This document shows positions 27,058 through 40,000 of a stretch of 64,000 nucleotides of DNA, piece after piece (within the stretch, counting starts at the first letter, position 1; every line of letters begins with the position of its first letter). The translations under genes and the position numbers were made by a program. A model generated the notes under the pieces. The model was given only the letters and a program-made list of their open reading frames with translations. It was not told the origin of the DNA and did no database searches. The stretch comes from Orbicella franksi (Eukaryota), in NCBI GenBank assembly GCA_964199315.1, contig OZ116699.1:28644001-28708000 (forward strand). Reading direction: 5' to 3'.

Positions 27058-29547
27058 CTGAATTAGTAATACGGGATGAAAAAATTCTGAGTCGAGAGCT
27101 GTAGGGACTAGTTATTGTAATTGTTCTTTTAGTAGCGAGTACCCTATGAACTTTAAAAATACTTCAAAACATGCTTGCCCGGTACATGTAATTAGGTTTT
27201 TCGCCCTACTCAGAAGAATGTCATCAGTTGTAACCATAATGAAATTCACTGATTAGTCTTAAAATAAATTTGTTTCGAATATTTCTAAATGGTAGGTGAA
27301 CGAATGCAGTCTCTCCAACTGCAAAGATTGACTTTTCTGCCACCTTATCGCGGGAGTTAAGGACTGACAACGTCTGGCTGTATATATGTTCCGATTACTG
27401 CTAACCAAGCTTTCAAGTTTCTAAGCCTATACACTTTTTGTCATTTTCGCTATTAAAAATATAATTCTACCTATACTCGTTGACTTTAGCGCAGCAAAAT
27501 TTTTGCACAATATTTCAATGAAAACTTAAACATTAATGATCATCGTAGAAATATCTCCATACCAAAGAAAGCTGTGTTTGATCTTTCACATGCAAGTCAC
27601 CTGCACGTAAGAATCTCCTTTGACATATTGCCCTTGCCACATTTCATTTCATGATACGCTGAATTGTTTCCTTATTTATCTCTTTTTTAAACACTTCCTT
27701 ATCCATAGCTACACGATTTCGTTTGTTCAGTTTCTGAGGTACCTTGAACCCTGCGACTGGGAAATTGTCACAATCATCCACTGATGATGAATGCATAGTC
27801 GATACTGTTTTCTGCCGCCTCCATTGCTTTTAAAAAAGGCATAAATCGACTCATCTTGCTGGAAACGAAACGTTACAAATTCTCGGTATTTCAGTTATGA
27901 CGTTTCCTCGGCAGGTTGTCCCTGTTTCTGCGGTAAATGTATTAACTAACAATTAGTTTCCACACTCACCAATGCTGATGGATGTCAGTCGAAACTCTTC
28001 GTCCTTTTTATGATTTCAAAAATAGAGATTGTAATATTAAGTTGATTATACTTTATTGATCTGATCTGAGGTCTGTTTTGTAAATTATGTTCGCTACTTT
28101 GTCTTTATTACACGATATATTTTATAGATTTACCGTTGAATTCAATTCAGTACTCAGGGTAAATTCTTTCATATACTCAAACAAATGAGAAACTCTTTCA
28201 GTTCTTAACTGCAAGAACATGCATACATGTTTATTTCCTATGCAATGGTTTAAAGACATGTCTCGCCCAACTCCGCATAACCTTTAAGAAATATAACTAT
28301 GATTTTCCACAGAAAGCCTCGTTGTATCAGTCATATAATTCTGTTATGTCTGAAGTATCTTGCGAAAAATACTTTATCAATTGGCTGTATCAGGCTTTTT
28401 ATCGTTCAAAGGTCGCATGTGATACTCCCTCCCCAATAGCGAAGTCAATCTTTTGATATAATTCTACGGCTTTGGTTTCTGGTTCCTGAGGTTTACGTGC
28501 AATAAAAGTTTTTTGTTTTGCTTGAATTCGGCTCTGGAATAAGAGAGAAAAATCGCGTGTTGAGTACTAAATGAGGAAGTTAAAAATGAGTGTGCCAACT
28601 CTCGAGATGTGGTATCGTTATTCCGATATTTACTGCGGGTAATGATAAAAGAATTTACCAAAGAGGACAAAACATAGGACATAAAAAGAACGTAGAAACG
28701 TCCATCTCTCAGTATTGTAAATAAAATCCAACAGCTTTCTTCTGAGACTTCTGACAAACTTTTACTCCGTTCTTGATTAATTTGTTGGCCATTCCTTTTC
28801 TCTGCCTTCTTGATATGGGAGATGCTCCGTTTTTACCGTAATATTTCAGACATTTTACCTAACTTGATAAACAGGACGTGTTGACAAAAAATGGGCGCTG
28901 AAATCTGCGGTTTGGTTCAGCGGAACACAAGATTGTCAATCATTTTCTACCGTTAAATTATAAACACCGTGGCAGAAAAACGAGCAGAGCTGATTTCCAA
29001 CTTTCGAGGTTTATCGCAAAACAATTATTGATTTCAGTTTCAACTTGCAAAGAAAGAACTAACCCAAATGTTATGCTTGAATTTTCAACTGGGTACAAAG
29101 ATTTTTTTTTTTTTCACTCCGTGAATACTTCCTCTGTAACTCTCTAGCAATACGTGCTTTTGTAACTTTAGATATCAGCAAGGTGTTGTGTTATACCTTT
29201 AAATTAAAACTGGCCAATCACATGTTACTAGATACGGAAAAGCAAAACAGGATGAAGCTTCTAAACAATGTGTTGTTCTTCTTAAATGTAACATTAGCCA
29301 TGAATATGGTTCAGTATTCACCTCCTCCGAAATAACATATCGCGATCAAATAAACAAGCCGATGAACAGGTAGAAGAAACTCCAAGTAATTCTGCCTTTA
29401 CATAGCCCTCGAAAATTACAATCCACCTCATTATTAGCGTTGCAACAAAACCAGGTGCATGCACTAACATTGTGTCTCGAACTAACTGGCTCTGCTTGCC
29501 GAGAAGATTACAACTAACTGTAGAACCGATTCTCACTGGAAGAGGAG

Positions 29548-29601
29548 ATGTGTAACAGAGCAGTGCTTTTGAGGAGTGTGACTGTTCTGGTTTCTTTAGT
29601 A
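29548..29601 (+). CDS. Duplicate (distal) signal-peptide exon MCNRAVLLRSVTVLVSLV
   Basis: ATG to GTA|gtgcgt, phase 0, compatible with the acceptor at 32161; copy of 31057-31110 (MCNRAVLVRSVTLLVSLV|gtgagt). Confidence 0.6.
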
Positions 29602-30905
29602 GTGCGTATTTTATGATTCTTTCTTCTTTCCTCTCCTAAATTGACATTTCTGCCAAAATAATTGGAGCAAATCGAATCACTTCTTAAAAAAGAGTTGCTT
29701 GCGCTTGTAATTACGACGTGATCAGCTGCTCATACATGTCATAACTAAGCGGTAAATGTTTAATTGATGTTTGCAACAGACTTTTCTTAGATACACTAAA
29801 GGGGAAGCTTGTTGTTGCGGAAGTTTATAAACTTTTGACTGTACCAGACATTTATAATGAATTTCTTGTGTTACCGAATGCAAGTCTCTAAAAAATTATG
29901 GTTTTATGGTGCTTAAGGTGTTGCATTTCAGTTGTACCGTTCCTAGACATTATGTTCGGTACATAGTAAAGTGAAACTGATGTAAAAAACAAATCTCCTT
30001 AAATAGCAGGTCGTGGCCTGCTGACATTCTAGTGGTACTTGAGCCAGGTTTCCTTTTTCCATTACTTCTGCGTTAGTTTTCATTTTAGATGTCCACGTAA
30101 TGCTGAAACTTTTCACCAAAGAAAACAAACATGCAGCGAGAACGAGACCTTAAACTTTGCTTAAAGAAACATTAGTGATAAAATCCAAATCTTACTATTG
30201 TTTATACATATTACAGAATCCAAAAGCGTTCTTTTGATCAACTTTCATTTAGTTCTTGCTTGCTATGATTCTGGATCGGAAAGAATTCACGCGAAGGAAT
30301 TGAATAAAGCTGTCATGAATAAGGCAAGATCTGAGCGTGCCATTTACTCTCGAGATTATCATTTTATTAAGTCTTACCGTGTATTTTATTTTCATGTTTA
30401 AACTTACCTTAAGTTTATTCAGCCTTGTACCATAACACCAAAACAGCAAAGTAACGCAAACAGATTTATAGGTTCAAGAATGTAGGATGGTGATTTTTAT
30501 AATGCACAACAACAGGATAATAACAAAAGCCGCATGACAACATAAGGAAATAATCTGAACTTTTTAGAGTTGCTATACAGTTTTATGACTTTATGGTGCT
30601 AGTCAGTTAGTGTGAACCTGGCTTAAGATTATGCATGAATACTTCCTCTGTAACTCTCTAGTAATACGTGCTTTTGTAACTTCAGATATCAGCAAGGTGT
30701 TGTGCTATACCTTTAAAACTGGCCAATCACATGTTACTAGACACGGAAAAGCAAAACAGGATGAAGCTTCTAAACAATGTGTTGTTCTTCTTACAAGTAA
30801 CATTACCCATGAATATGGTTCAGTATTCAATTCCTCCGAAATAACATATCGCGATCAAATAAACAAGCCGATGAACAGGAAGAAGAAACTCCAGGTAATT
30901 CTGCC

Positions 30906-30913
30906 TATATATA
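30906..30913 (+). promoter_or_regulatory. Candidate TATA box of the CILP-like gene (proximal copy)
   Basis: TATATATA about 150 nt upstream of ATG 31057; CCAAT at ~30723. The distal copy reads TTTACATA (29397-29404). Confidence 0.4.
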
Positions 30914-31056
30914 GCCCTCGAAAATTACAATCCACCTCATTATCAGCGTTGCAACAAAACCAGGTGCATGCACTAACATTGTGTCTCGAACTAACTGGCT
31001 CTGCTTGCCGAGAAGATTACAACTAACTGTAGAACTGATTCTCACTGGAAGAGGAG

Positions 31057-34000
31057 ATGTGTAACAGAGCAGTGCTTGTGAGAAGTGTGACTCTTCTGGT
31101 TTCTTTAGTGGTGAGTACTTTATGATTCTTTCTTCTTTCTTCTCCTAAATTGACATTTCTGCCAAAATAATTGGAGGAAATCGAATCACTTCTTAAAAAA
31201 GAGTTGCTTGCGCTTGTAATTACGACGTGACCAGCTGCTCATACATGTCATAACTAAGCGGTAAATGTTTAATTGATGTTTACAACTGAACAGACCTTTC
31301 TTAGATGCACTGAAGGGGAAGCTTATTGTTGCGGAAGTTTATAAACTTTTGACTGTACAAGACATTTATAATGAACTTCTTGTGTTACCGAATGCAAGCC
31401 TCTAAAAAATTATGGTTTTATGGTGCTTAAGGTGTTGCATTTCAGTTGTACCGTTCCTAGACATTATGTTCGGTACATAGTAAAGTGAAATTGATGTAAA
31501 AAACAAATCTCCTTAAATAGCAGGCCGTGGCCTGCTGACATTCTAGTGGTACTTGAGCCAGGATTCCTTTTTCCATTACTTCTGCGTTAGTTTTCATTTT
31601 AGTTGTTCACCTAATGCTGAAACTTTTCACCAAAGAAAACAAACATGCAGCGAGAACGAGACCTTAAACTTTGCTTAAAGAAACATTAGTGATAAAATCC
31701 AAATCTTACTATTGTTTATACATATTACAGAATCCAAAAGCGTTCTTTTGATCAACTTTCATTTAGTTCTTGCTTGCTATGATTCTGGATCGGAAAGAAT
31801 TCACGCGAAGGAATTGAATAAAGCTGTCATGAATAAGGCAAGATCTGAGCGTGCCATTTACTCTCGAGATTATCATTTTATTAAGTCTTACCTGTATTTT
31901 ATTTTCATGTTTAAACTTACCTTAAGTTTATTCAGCCTTGTAACATAACGCCAAAACAGCAAAGTAACGCAAACAGATTTATAGGTTCAAGAATGCAGGA
32001 TGGTGATTACCATGCACAACAACAGGATAATAACATAAGCCGCATGACAACATAAGGAAATAATCTGAACTTGTTAGGGTTGTTATATAGTTTTATGACT
32101 TTATGGTGCTAGTCAGTTAGTGTGAACCTGGCTTAAGGTTATATTTTCTTTTCCTGAAAGGCACTGAATGACTTGGCCACAGTGACAGCATCAGGAAGCA
32201 AAGGCAATGTGTCTACAGGCGGTACGTGTAGAAAGCAATTGAACGTCTTCTTCTTCTTTTACTGTTGAAAAAACATTGTTTTTCACTGGTCTTTCTGGTT
32301 AAACAACTGTCAGCGATTTTGACGCAGCGATCATGCGTGCTGTAGTTGGCTCACTTGAGTTAGCAGACTATTAGAGCACTTGAATAATTATCTTCACTTT
32401 TCGCGCCACATTGTTGCATAGGGCGCCGCGATAAATGCGATCAGTTGCTATGGTAACACTAAGACCGAAAATACCTAATTTGTCCTTTGTACAGCACTTC
32501 TCTAATTTTCTTTCAGTGTCATTAATATTCAGTTTTTTGATATAAGTATTGTTTTTGCAGCGGGTTTGTGTTCACAGACCTTCTGTAAAAAAGGAAAGAT
32601 GTGCGTTGAGCGGAAAGTTGGCACAACAGTAACAGCCGAATGCGTATGTCCAACATCATGTGCAAGTGAAAACCTTCCTGTATGCAGTGTTTATCACGTC
32701 CAGTTCCTAAACCTCTGTGAGTTACACAGGTTTGCTTGTGCAAATGAAATCCATATTCAAGTAAAACATCAAGGAAATTGCACTGAGCAAGGTAAAATAC
32801 CCTCTGAGTATATTCTGTGTAACATATCTTGTACCTGTAAATAAATTTAACTTGACCCTTTTGCTCAATTTCAATACGTCACCAAAAGCGTACCAACTTG
32901 ACAATATTCTCTTATATTTCTAATAGTTTGTAATCACTGACCAATTCTTTAGTCAGATTGGTGCTTAGCATACCACATCTAATAATCAATTGGTAAAATC
33001 AGCATAACCGTTCTATAAATAACAGCTTTTGATGAGTTCCGTGCTGCTGGGCAATGCACTTAAATGGTCCCAGAAACAAAATAGGTCTCTTGTTTCTTAA
33101 CATAGCTACCAAATGATATAACCTAATCCAAATAAGTAGTAACAGGCCTTTCTGTAGTGTGATTCAGCGGTGATTATGCTCATGTTTCCAATCAATTTTG
33201 AAATAATTTGGCTGATTTACCCTCAGAAATGTACTTACTCAATTTGGTGATGTTGCCAACCTCGCCCTTTCTCCAAAGCCCCGGTAACCTAACGGTTCCG
33301 GAGCACCATATTTTAAGATCTAAATCTAAGGAATAATAGTGTGGTTTTTAGCTTAAAAAACAGTCCATTCTGTTTCGTTAACTGATATTTATATTGTTTG
33401 AATTTCAAAACTACTCAGTAATATGTAGATCTTGAATGTAAACACGGTAAACGAAAAAAACCTCTTCGGGAGCGGTAACTACTGGGTCTTTCGAGACTCG
33501 AAGGGGCCTCAGGTCAATATTCCCTTTAATACAAATGAATATATGAAAGACCATATATTTGAGCTGCGGAGAAAGATATGAAGACATGATTGATCATCGC
33601 GGTTATACACACAACTGAAGTAGTTTTGAAATTAAAGCCTGAAAAAAACTCAGGCCTGAACGGGATTCGAACCCATGACCTCTGCGATACGGGTGCAGTG
33701 TTCTACCAACTAAGAACCAGGACGGATTGTAATAAAGTTCTCGGCTGATAATGCTATTTCGATACTCATTCCTTTTGTGTTTTGTAATACCGGTGCGAAT
33801 GTGATAATTTTCCATTTATGTCTTCAGAGGCTAAATCAGCTTGCACCAAGGCAGGAATCATCAATTTTCAAGACAAGTATTTGCAAAGAAATTTCAGAAC
33901 CTACAAAGCCGACAAAGTGTATTCTTTGGTTGAAAGGTTGAGACATGCAAAGGTAATCAGACAATGCCGGTCTCCTTATGTTTACATGTTATTGTAAAAG

Positions 34001-37000
34001 AAAGAAACAACAACAAGGAAAAAATAGGTACTGATCAATGCCAAGTTTTAATTACGTTGTTTTATCCAGAATCCTATTAAACAATGAATTTAAATCCAAG
34101 TATCGTTCATTACTCGTAAAAATTATAAAATTAAATAAATAGTTATTAATAAATAATAGTTTCCAGTGGTGTACCGTGGAATATCCCACAAGTCACTTGT
34201 ATGTTCTCAGTAATTTACCCACAAGCCTTCAGGCGCTTAGGTATACCAACCAGTGGGATATTCCTTGGTTGTAATGCAGGCGAATATACGACTTTCCCAT
34301 ACTCTGATTGGCTGTAGTTTCTATGGCATGGTATAAATATATGTATGCTTTCGTAGCGATGAAAACGAAGTAGGTTTCCTTTTTTCGTTTAGCGCGATTT
34401 TGAAGATTACTGGGACACAAATAGGAACAAAAGGCTGGACGAGGAGGAAATTTTAAGAATCCTTCAGGAGACAATACATATCTCTAAAGCATGTACAGCC
34501 GGACTTATTAGATCATGTGATATTGACGGGAATCCAGGAATAAGCAAACAAGAGTGGTTCACCTGCTTCAAAACAGAAGGTACCTCAATTAGACAAATTT
34601 GCTTCACTGCTTTGCTCGTCCTGAATTAGTTATATTTAATTTTGGTCCTGTAATCAAACTTGTTTCAGTGATGTCTATTGTGAATAGCTGACGAAATTAT
34701 GAAATGCATTCCAACTTAACCTTAGGGTTAGGACATTTTGAAGATACATAGGTTATCAACGGGGAGCAGGGATGGGTGGTTGAGATCAACTTCGTTACCA
34801 GGGCTTGTCCCTAGCTCCTAGGAACAAGGTTGGGTTGAGATGCCCAGAGCATGGCATCTTACGTTGACAGCAGAGTAAAAAAAAGGATCAGTTCTCGAGC
34901 TATTAGTTGGGTTTTCCCTTAATCTTTCCTCTCAGTCCACACAGGGTGTCACACGCTGACTTTATGTTCCTGGTTTATTGTTTGTTTTATCAGGGGGCCA
35001 GTGGCGCTGGTCTCCTTGGACTGACTGTTCAGTTTCATGCGGAGGTGGTAAACAAAGAAGAAGAGGCACTTGTATTTTACCCAGTACGGGGCAAAAACTA
35101 GAAAGACGACTGTGTGACGGATACAATCATGAAACAAGAAAATGTTCCAGCGGGGAATGTCCTGGTAAGCTACTTATCAATGATATAATAAGTTTACTTT
35201 TTTAGCTCTTTCAGGCAACAACAACAACAGCAATCTTTCTTTGTACTCTTTCTTGTCCAAAATTCATAATTGAATACATAATTACTCAGGAGAAAGTTTT
35301 CATGATTACACTCCCACCGATCAAATCTTTTGCAACATTCTTCCCTGCGCAAAACATTATACACAAGAGAGATATGAAACAAGAAACTAGGGTGCGTTTT
35401 TCTGGGATTCTTAAACCCCTGAACACGGGTTTTGCGTTTTTAACTACACAGGCTAAAGAGCATGGCATGTTTTAAAAACATCCGGTCATTGGTGAAACTA
35501 ACTATCAGTTTGTCTTCACTGTTAGTTGCGCTGGTTATCTTGGACTGATTACTGATTATCTTATATTATGCCACAATACTGTTTATACGCTCATGGTCCT
35601 GATTATAATCTCTCAAATAAACTTTTCTCTGCTTCATCTTTTTACCATGAAAATGTTTTCTTTTTTGTTTCCCTCACGACATGATGGAAATTTCACGCAG
35701 ACTGGATAAGTTCAGCTACCACTGGTAAGTAATTTTAATAACAACTTAAAGCATCGTTTTCTCAACTTTTCACTCTTTGTCAAGCAGAATATGTACAACA
35801 TAAGAAATGTAGCAGGTAAAGCCGCAAATACAAATCATTTAAAACGAAGTTTCAGTTACGTTGGAGCAACTGTTGTGGAACAAATTGCCTACAAATTTAG
35901 AAATGTCGGTTCTGCTAGATAGTTAAAAAAAATCAGCAACATCTCTGATACATCAGATTCCCGCGTGGCAATCATGAAAAACAGTTCTAAACTTTTATCA
36001 CCGCATTTAAATAAAGCCTATGTATGAACGCGTGTGAGAATGATTGTCACCAACACGCAAAGTGTTCACTTTTTTTATGTGGACCTGTCAATGAATCACC
36101 AGCCAAACTTAAAGGTATCAATAGTTCAGCTCTAATTACAGAGAATCAAGGACAAGATAGTTCATCTCCCATACAAGCCTTATTCACACGGTAATCCCTC
36201 TCAAGTTGTTTTTAGATCACTCCGGGTTAGGAAACCCCAGTAAAACAGACTGTGACGCGGATTTTGCTCAAGTGGACAACACAAACGACTTAACACGCAT
36301 TTTTGTTCTCCAACCAACTCGAGTGGTAAACTCCTCGCCGAAGAAAATAAGCTGTCTAAAAATAAATAAAGATTGATTACCTCAGTGGAGGCGCCGTGGC
36401 TTCATGGCTATTGCGCTCGCCGCTGGATTGAGCGGTCTAAATTCGAGCCCTCAACGCGGACTCTGTATACTCTGTGTTGTGTTCTTGGATAAGAAACTTT
36501 TCTCCCACAGTGCCTCTCTCCACCCAGGTATGCATATGGGTACTGGTGACATTAATGCTGGGGATAACCCTGCGATGGACTAGCATCCCATCCAGGGGGA
36601 GTAGAAATACTCCTAGTCTCTTCATGCTACAGAAACTGGAAATGAGCACCAGCCTGTTGGGTCACTTGGCTCGTATGTAGACTTTATCTTTCCTTAGGAA
36701 TAGGGCCCATATGGGAGATTAGCTCTCTGACCAGTCATCCTCTCTGGGTCAGCAACAAAAAGAGGTAAATGGTGTCATCACGTATAAAGACCCCTTTAAG
36801 TTAGACTCTAAATAGTTTCCTTTCTGCCCTGGCTTTCTGATAATTTTAACGTCTTTCTCACAGTGTATTTGTTGTTTCTGTTTTAGAAGGCAAATGGAGC
36901 CGCTGGTCACCGTGGAATGACTGCTCGCGCACTTGTGGGAAAGGTGGACAGAGTAGAAGTCGCATCTGCAGAAATAAAATCACGGGAAAAGCTCTCAAGA

Positions 37001-40000
37001 ACGGCTGGTGTGCTGGAAAACCGCTGCAGGAAAAAACTTGTGCTGATTGGAAATGCCCAGGTACGGATTCACTCACTAAACTTCGTAGCTTGAATGTATT
37101 TTGTTGGTGAAGGTTGTAGCAATTTTCAAAACTGCAATTCCACAGCGGTATTACGTGGAGGGTGGGAGTCGCGGTGGCCTCATGGTTAGTTCGCTCGTCT
37201 CCGGATCAAGCGGTCCAAGTTCGAGCCCTAGCCGGGGACTTTGCGCTGTATTCTTGGGCAAGACACTTTACTCTCACAGTGCCTCTCTACAGCTCTACAC
37301 CTAGGTGTATAAATGTGTACCAGCGAACTTAACGCTGGGGGTAAACTAGCGATGGACTAGCATCTCATTTAGGCGGGAGTAGAAATACTCCTAGTCGCTC
37401 CATGCTATAGAAACCGGGATAAGCTCCAGTCTGATGAGCCACTTGGCTCGTATGCAGACTTAAACTTATCGTGCGGAGGGATTCGCAAATTTCTTATAAA
37501 TCACCAGGTCTCTTGAAATCACCGTGATATATATATCTATATGGATAATTTTTGTTTTACATCCAGCTGTGTAGGTGTTTTTCATGTAAATAAGCCTATA
37601 TACTTTAACTACATTTTTGCAGACGCAAGGAAGTCAAGGTGTCCATCAAATAAAGAAGGTACTTTGAAGGGGCGAGTGCTGTCACTTCGCGATACACCTC
37701 TTGCTGGAGCTAATATTTCGCTGGCTGAATCTCCGTACCTAATCTTGAGTAGGAGTCAAGACAATGGCTATTTTGTGGTCGACCTATTCTGCTTTGAAAA
37801 AGGAAAACCTCTTTTGATCATCAGGAATGGATATGTCCCTCAGACTGTTGAAGTGACAAACTCAAGATCTGTCCTAAAAGTCAAAATGGAGAATGCAGGT
37901 ATGTTTTTTTATGATGATGGAGCGGTTTTCTAAAGAACAATAAACGGCCTAGAGTAGTATACAGCGACAGGGGTTCAACAGCCGTTCACGTTAGTCGTTT
38001 CTTTGTCACGTGGTAACCACCACCACATGTTGGATACAATGCATTCCAGTACATAATGTGTCGGGGGATCCTTACATCATTGTTTATTGCAGCATACGAC
38101 TTTGCGTAGAGAAGGTACGAATTGACTCCAAACATTTTAAAGAGTTTGCAACACTCAGTAATTGGTGAACGTTTTTGCTCTTTGGCTGCAAAACTGAAGA
38201 AATGGGGGCTTACATTGAGCTTACGCATTCTTTATAAAATGTTGACTTTTTTAAAGCTGACAAAAAAAAACTATCCAAATCCAAAGCAATTTCTATAAAC
38301 TAATTATTCATTTTGAATAACAAAACAGTTCACCCATCGGTGACATCCCACCCAGAGGACAGGAGGCGTTTCGTAGGACAAGATGTGACATTTTGCTGCC
38401 AAGTGGAAGGAAATCCTCCACCAGTTATAGAATGGTAAGCAGGTCGTTCCCAAAACTGCGGTTTACTGGAAAACAAATCAGCATATCATATACTGTTTTT
38501 GTTTTCGTTACTTCCTTTACGATGGAGACGCTTTGCTGCACGAAATTTATAGGGAAAGAAATAAACTCTTTATTTACACTGTATAGGGCATTTAGATACA
38601 TTTTATGAGGTGATTAATGAAAATAGTAAAAAAATAAAATTAGGAGACATGAAGCCGTAACGAAATAAAATTTATATGTGAGCGGTGGCCAAAGTAGCAA
38701 GACCTCCTGGCTGGACACCGCCATGGTCAAGTAAATGGCAGTATAAAGAATTAATATCACATCGCCAAAATTGTACAGACTGTAGAATATTATATGAGGC
38801 ATGGCCCAGGTTACATTAGAATAAAACTCGATCTACGGCGTTTGCTTGATCGACAGGTTTAGGAATGAAAACATCTTGGACAAAGAAGAATATAATAACA
38901 ATGAAACTTTAGTGCTAACAAAAGTTGGAAAGAACATGGCCGGAGATTTCCGATGCCGCGCAGTAAACGAATTCGGAGCAGAATTTTCGGAGTCAGCGAC
39001 ATTAACAGTTCTTGGTAAGTGCCTTTATCTTCAACGTTATACTTGCTTCAAAGCTGCCTTCCCATCTGATCAGCCCCTCTGCAGTGGTTTGGCCGGACAG
39101 AAGAGCCCTCCGCATCAAGTACCGTTCTATGCATGCATCACATTTTTTCCATAGTAGTAGTTAAGAAGTTTTGTTTTATGTACTTTACGTATGAACTGTT
39201 TTAACGAAAGCGCGACATTAACTAATCCGTTGGTCTCAGATCCAGTTGTAGACACCTGCAATTCTACGCCATCCGACCATTTTGTTACTCTACCTGATGG
39301 CTGTGTCGAGGATGGAACTAATAACAACAAAGTTAACATTGGAAAGTGCAATAGTCATCCTTGTCTGAGAGCTGATACACCGTTCCTAAAGTCGTGTGAC
39401 GAAGCAGAGCGTTGCTGCCAGGCTGGAACTGTGAGTGAGACTACCGTTCGCTGTGGTCGTGGAGAATTTAAAATGAAACGAATAGTGAATTGCCGATGTG
39501 ATGTTTGCAGAGAAAGGAACACCATAGTTAAAGGTGCCATTTACGTTACCAGTTGCGTTTTTGAAAAGCCTAAAAATAAATACGGATCGTAAATTCATTA
39601 TCCATCAAACATGGCACGAGAAACCCGCCGATAACCGCTTTTTGCACAGAAATACTTGCACATGATCAATAATGTCTTCACTACTTAGTTTGTTCCACAG
39701 ACCGTCTATTTTTTCTTATAAGTTCATCGAGAAAAAACGCGGGGAATTCAAAAGAATGAGAGCGTAAAGGGGTGAGGGCGGAAAATAGCGAAACACGCAA
39801 GCCAATGGGAAGTCTCCTTTCCAGTTTTTCCAAAGAAGTCCACAGACCGTCTGTTTTACTCTTTCCCGACCCACATCCTTCGCATTCTCCTTCGTTCAAA
39901 TCCCTCTCGGAGTCAGTAATTTTTCCACGATTAAGCGCCGGATGTGGAAATAAAACGTCGATCTGCTAAGATACTTCATAGCAGCAATTGTCACTGACCA

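Larger units (their letters stand above)
29122..32137 (+). repeat. Tandem duplication of ~1.5 kb (29122-30627 and 30636-32137) containing the promoter and first coding exon of the CILP-like gene
   Basis: Both copies start tgaatacttcctctgtaactctctag and end gtgaacctggcttaag; 8-nt spacer attatgca; high identity throughout. Confidence 0.95.
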
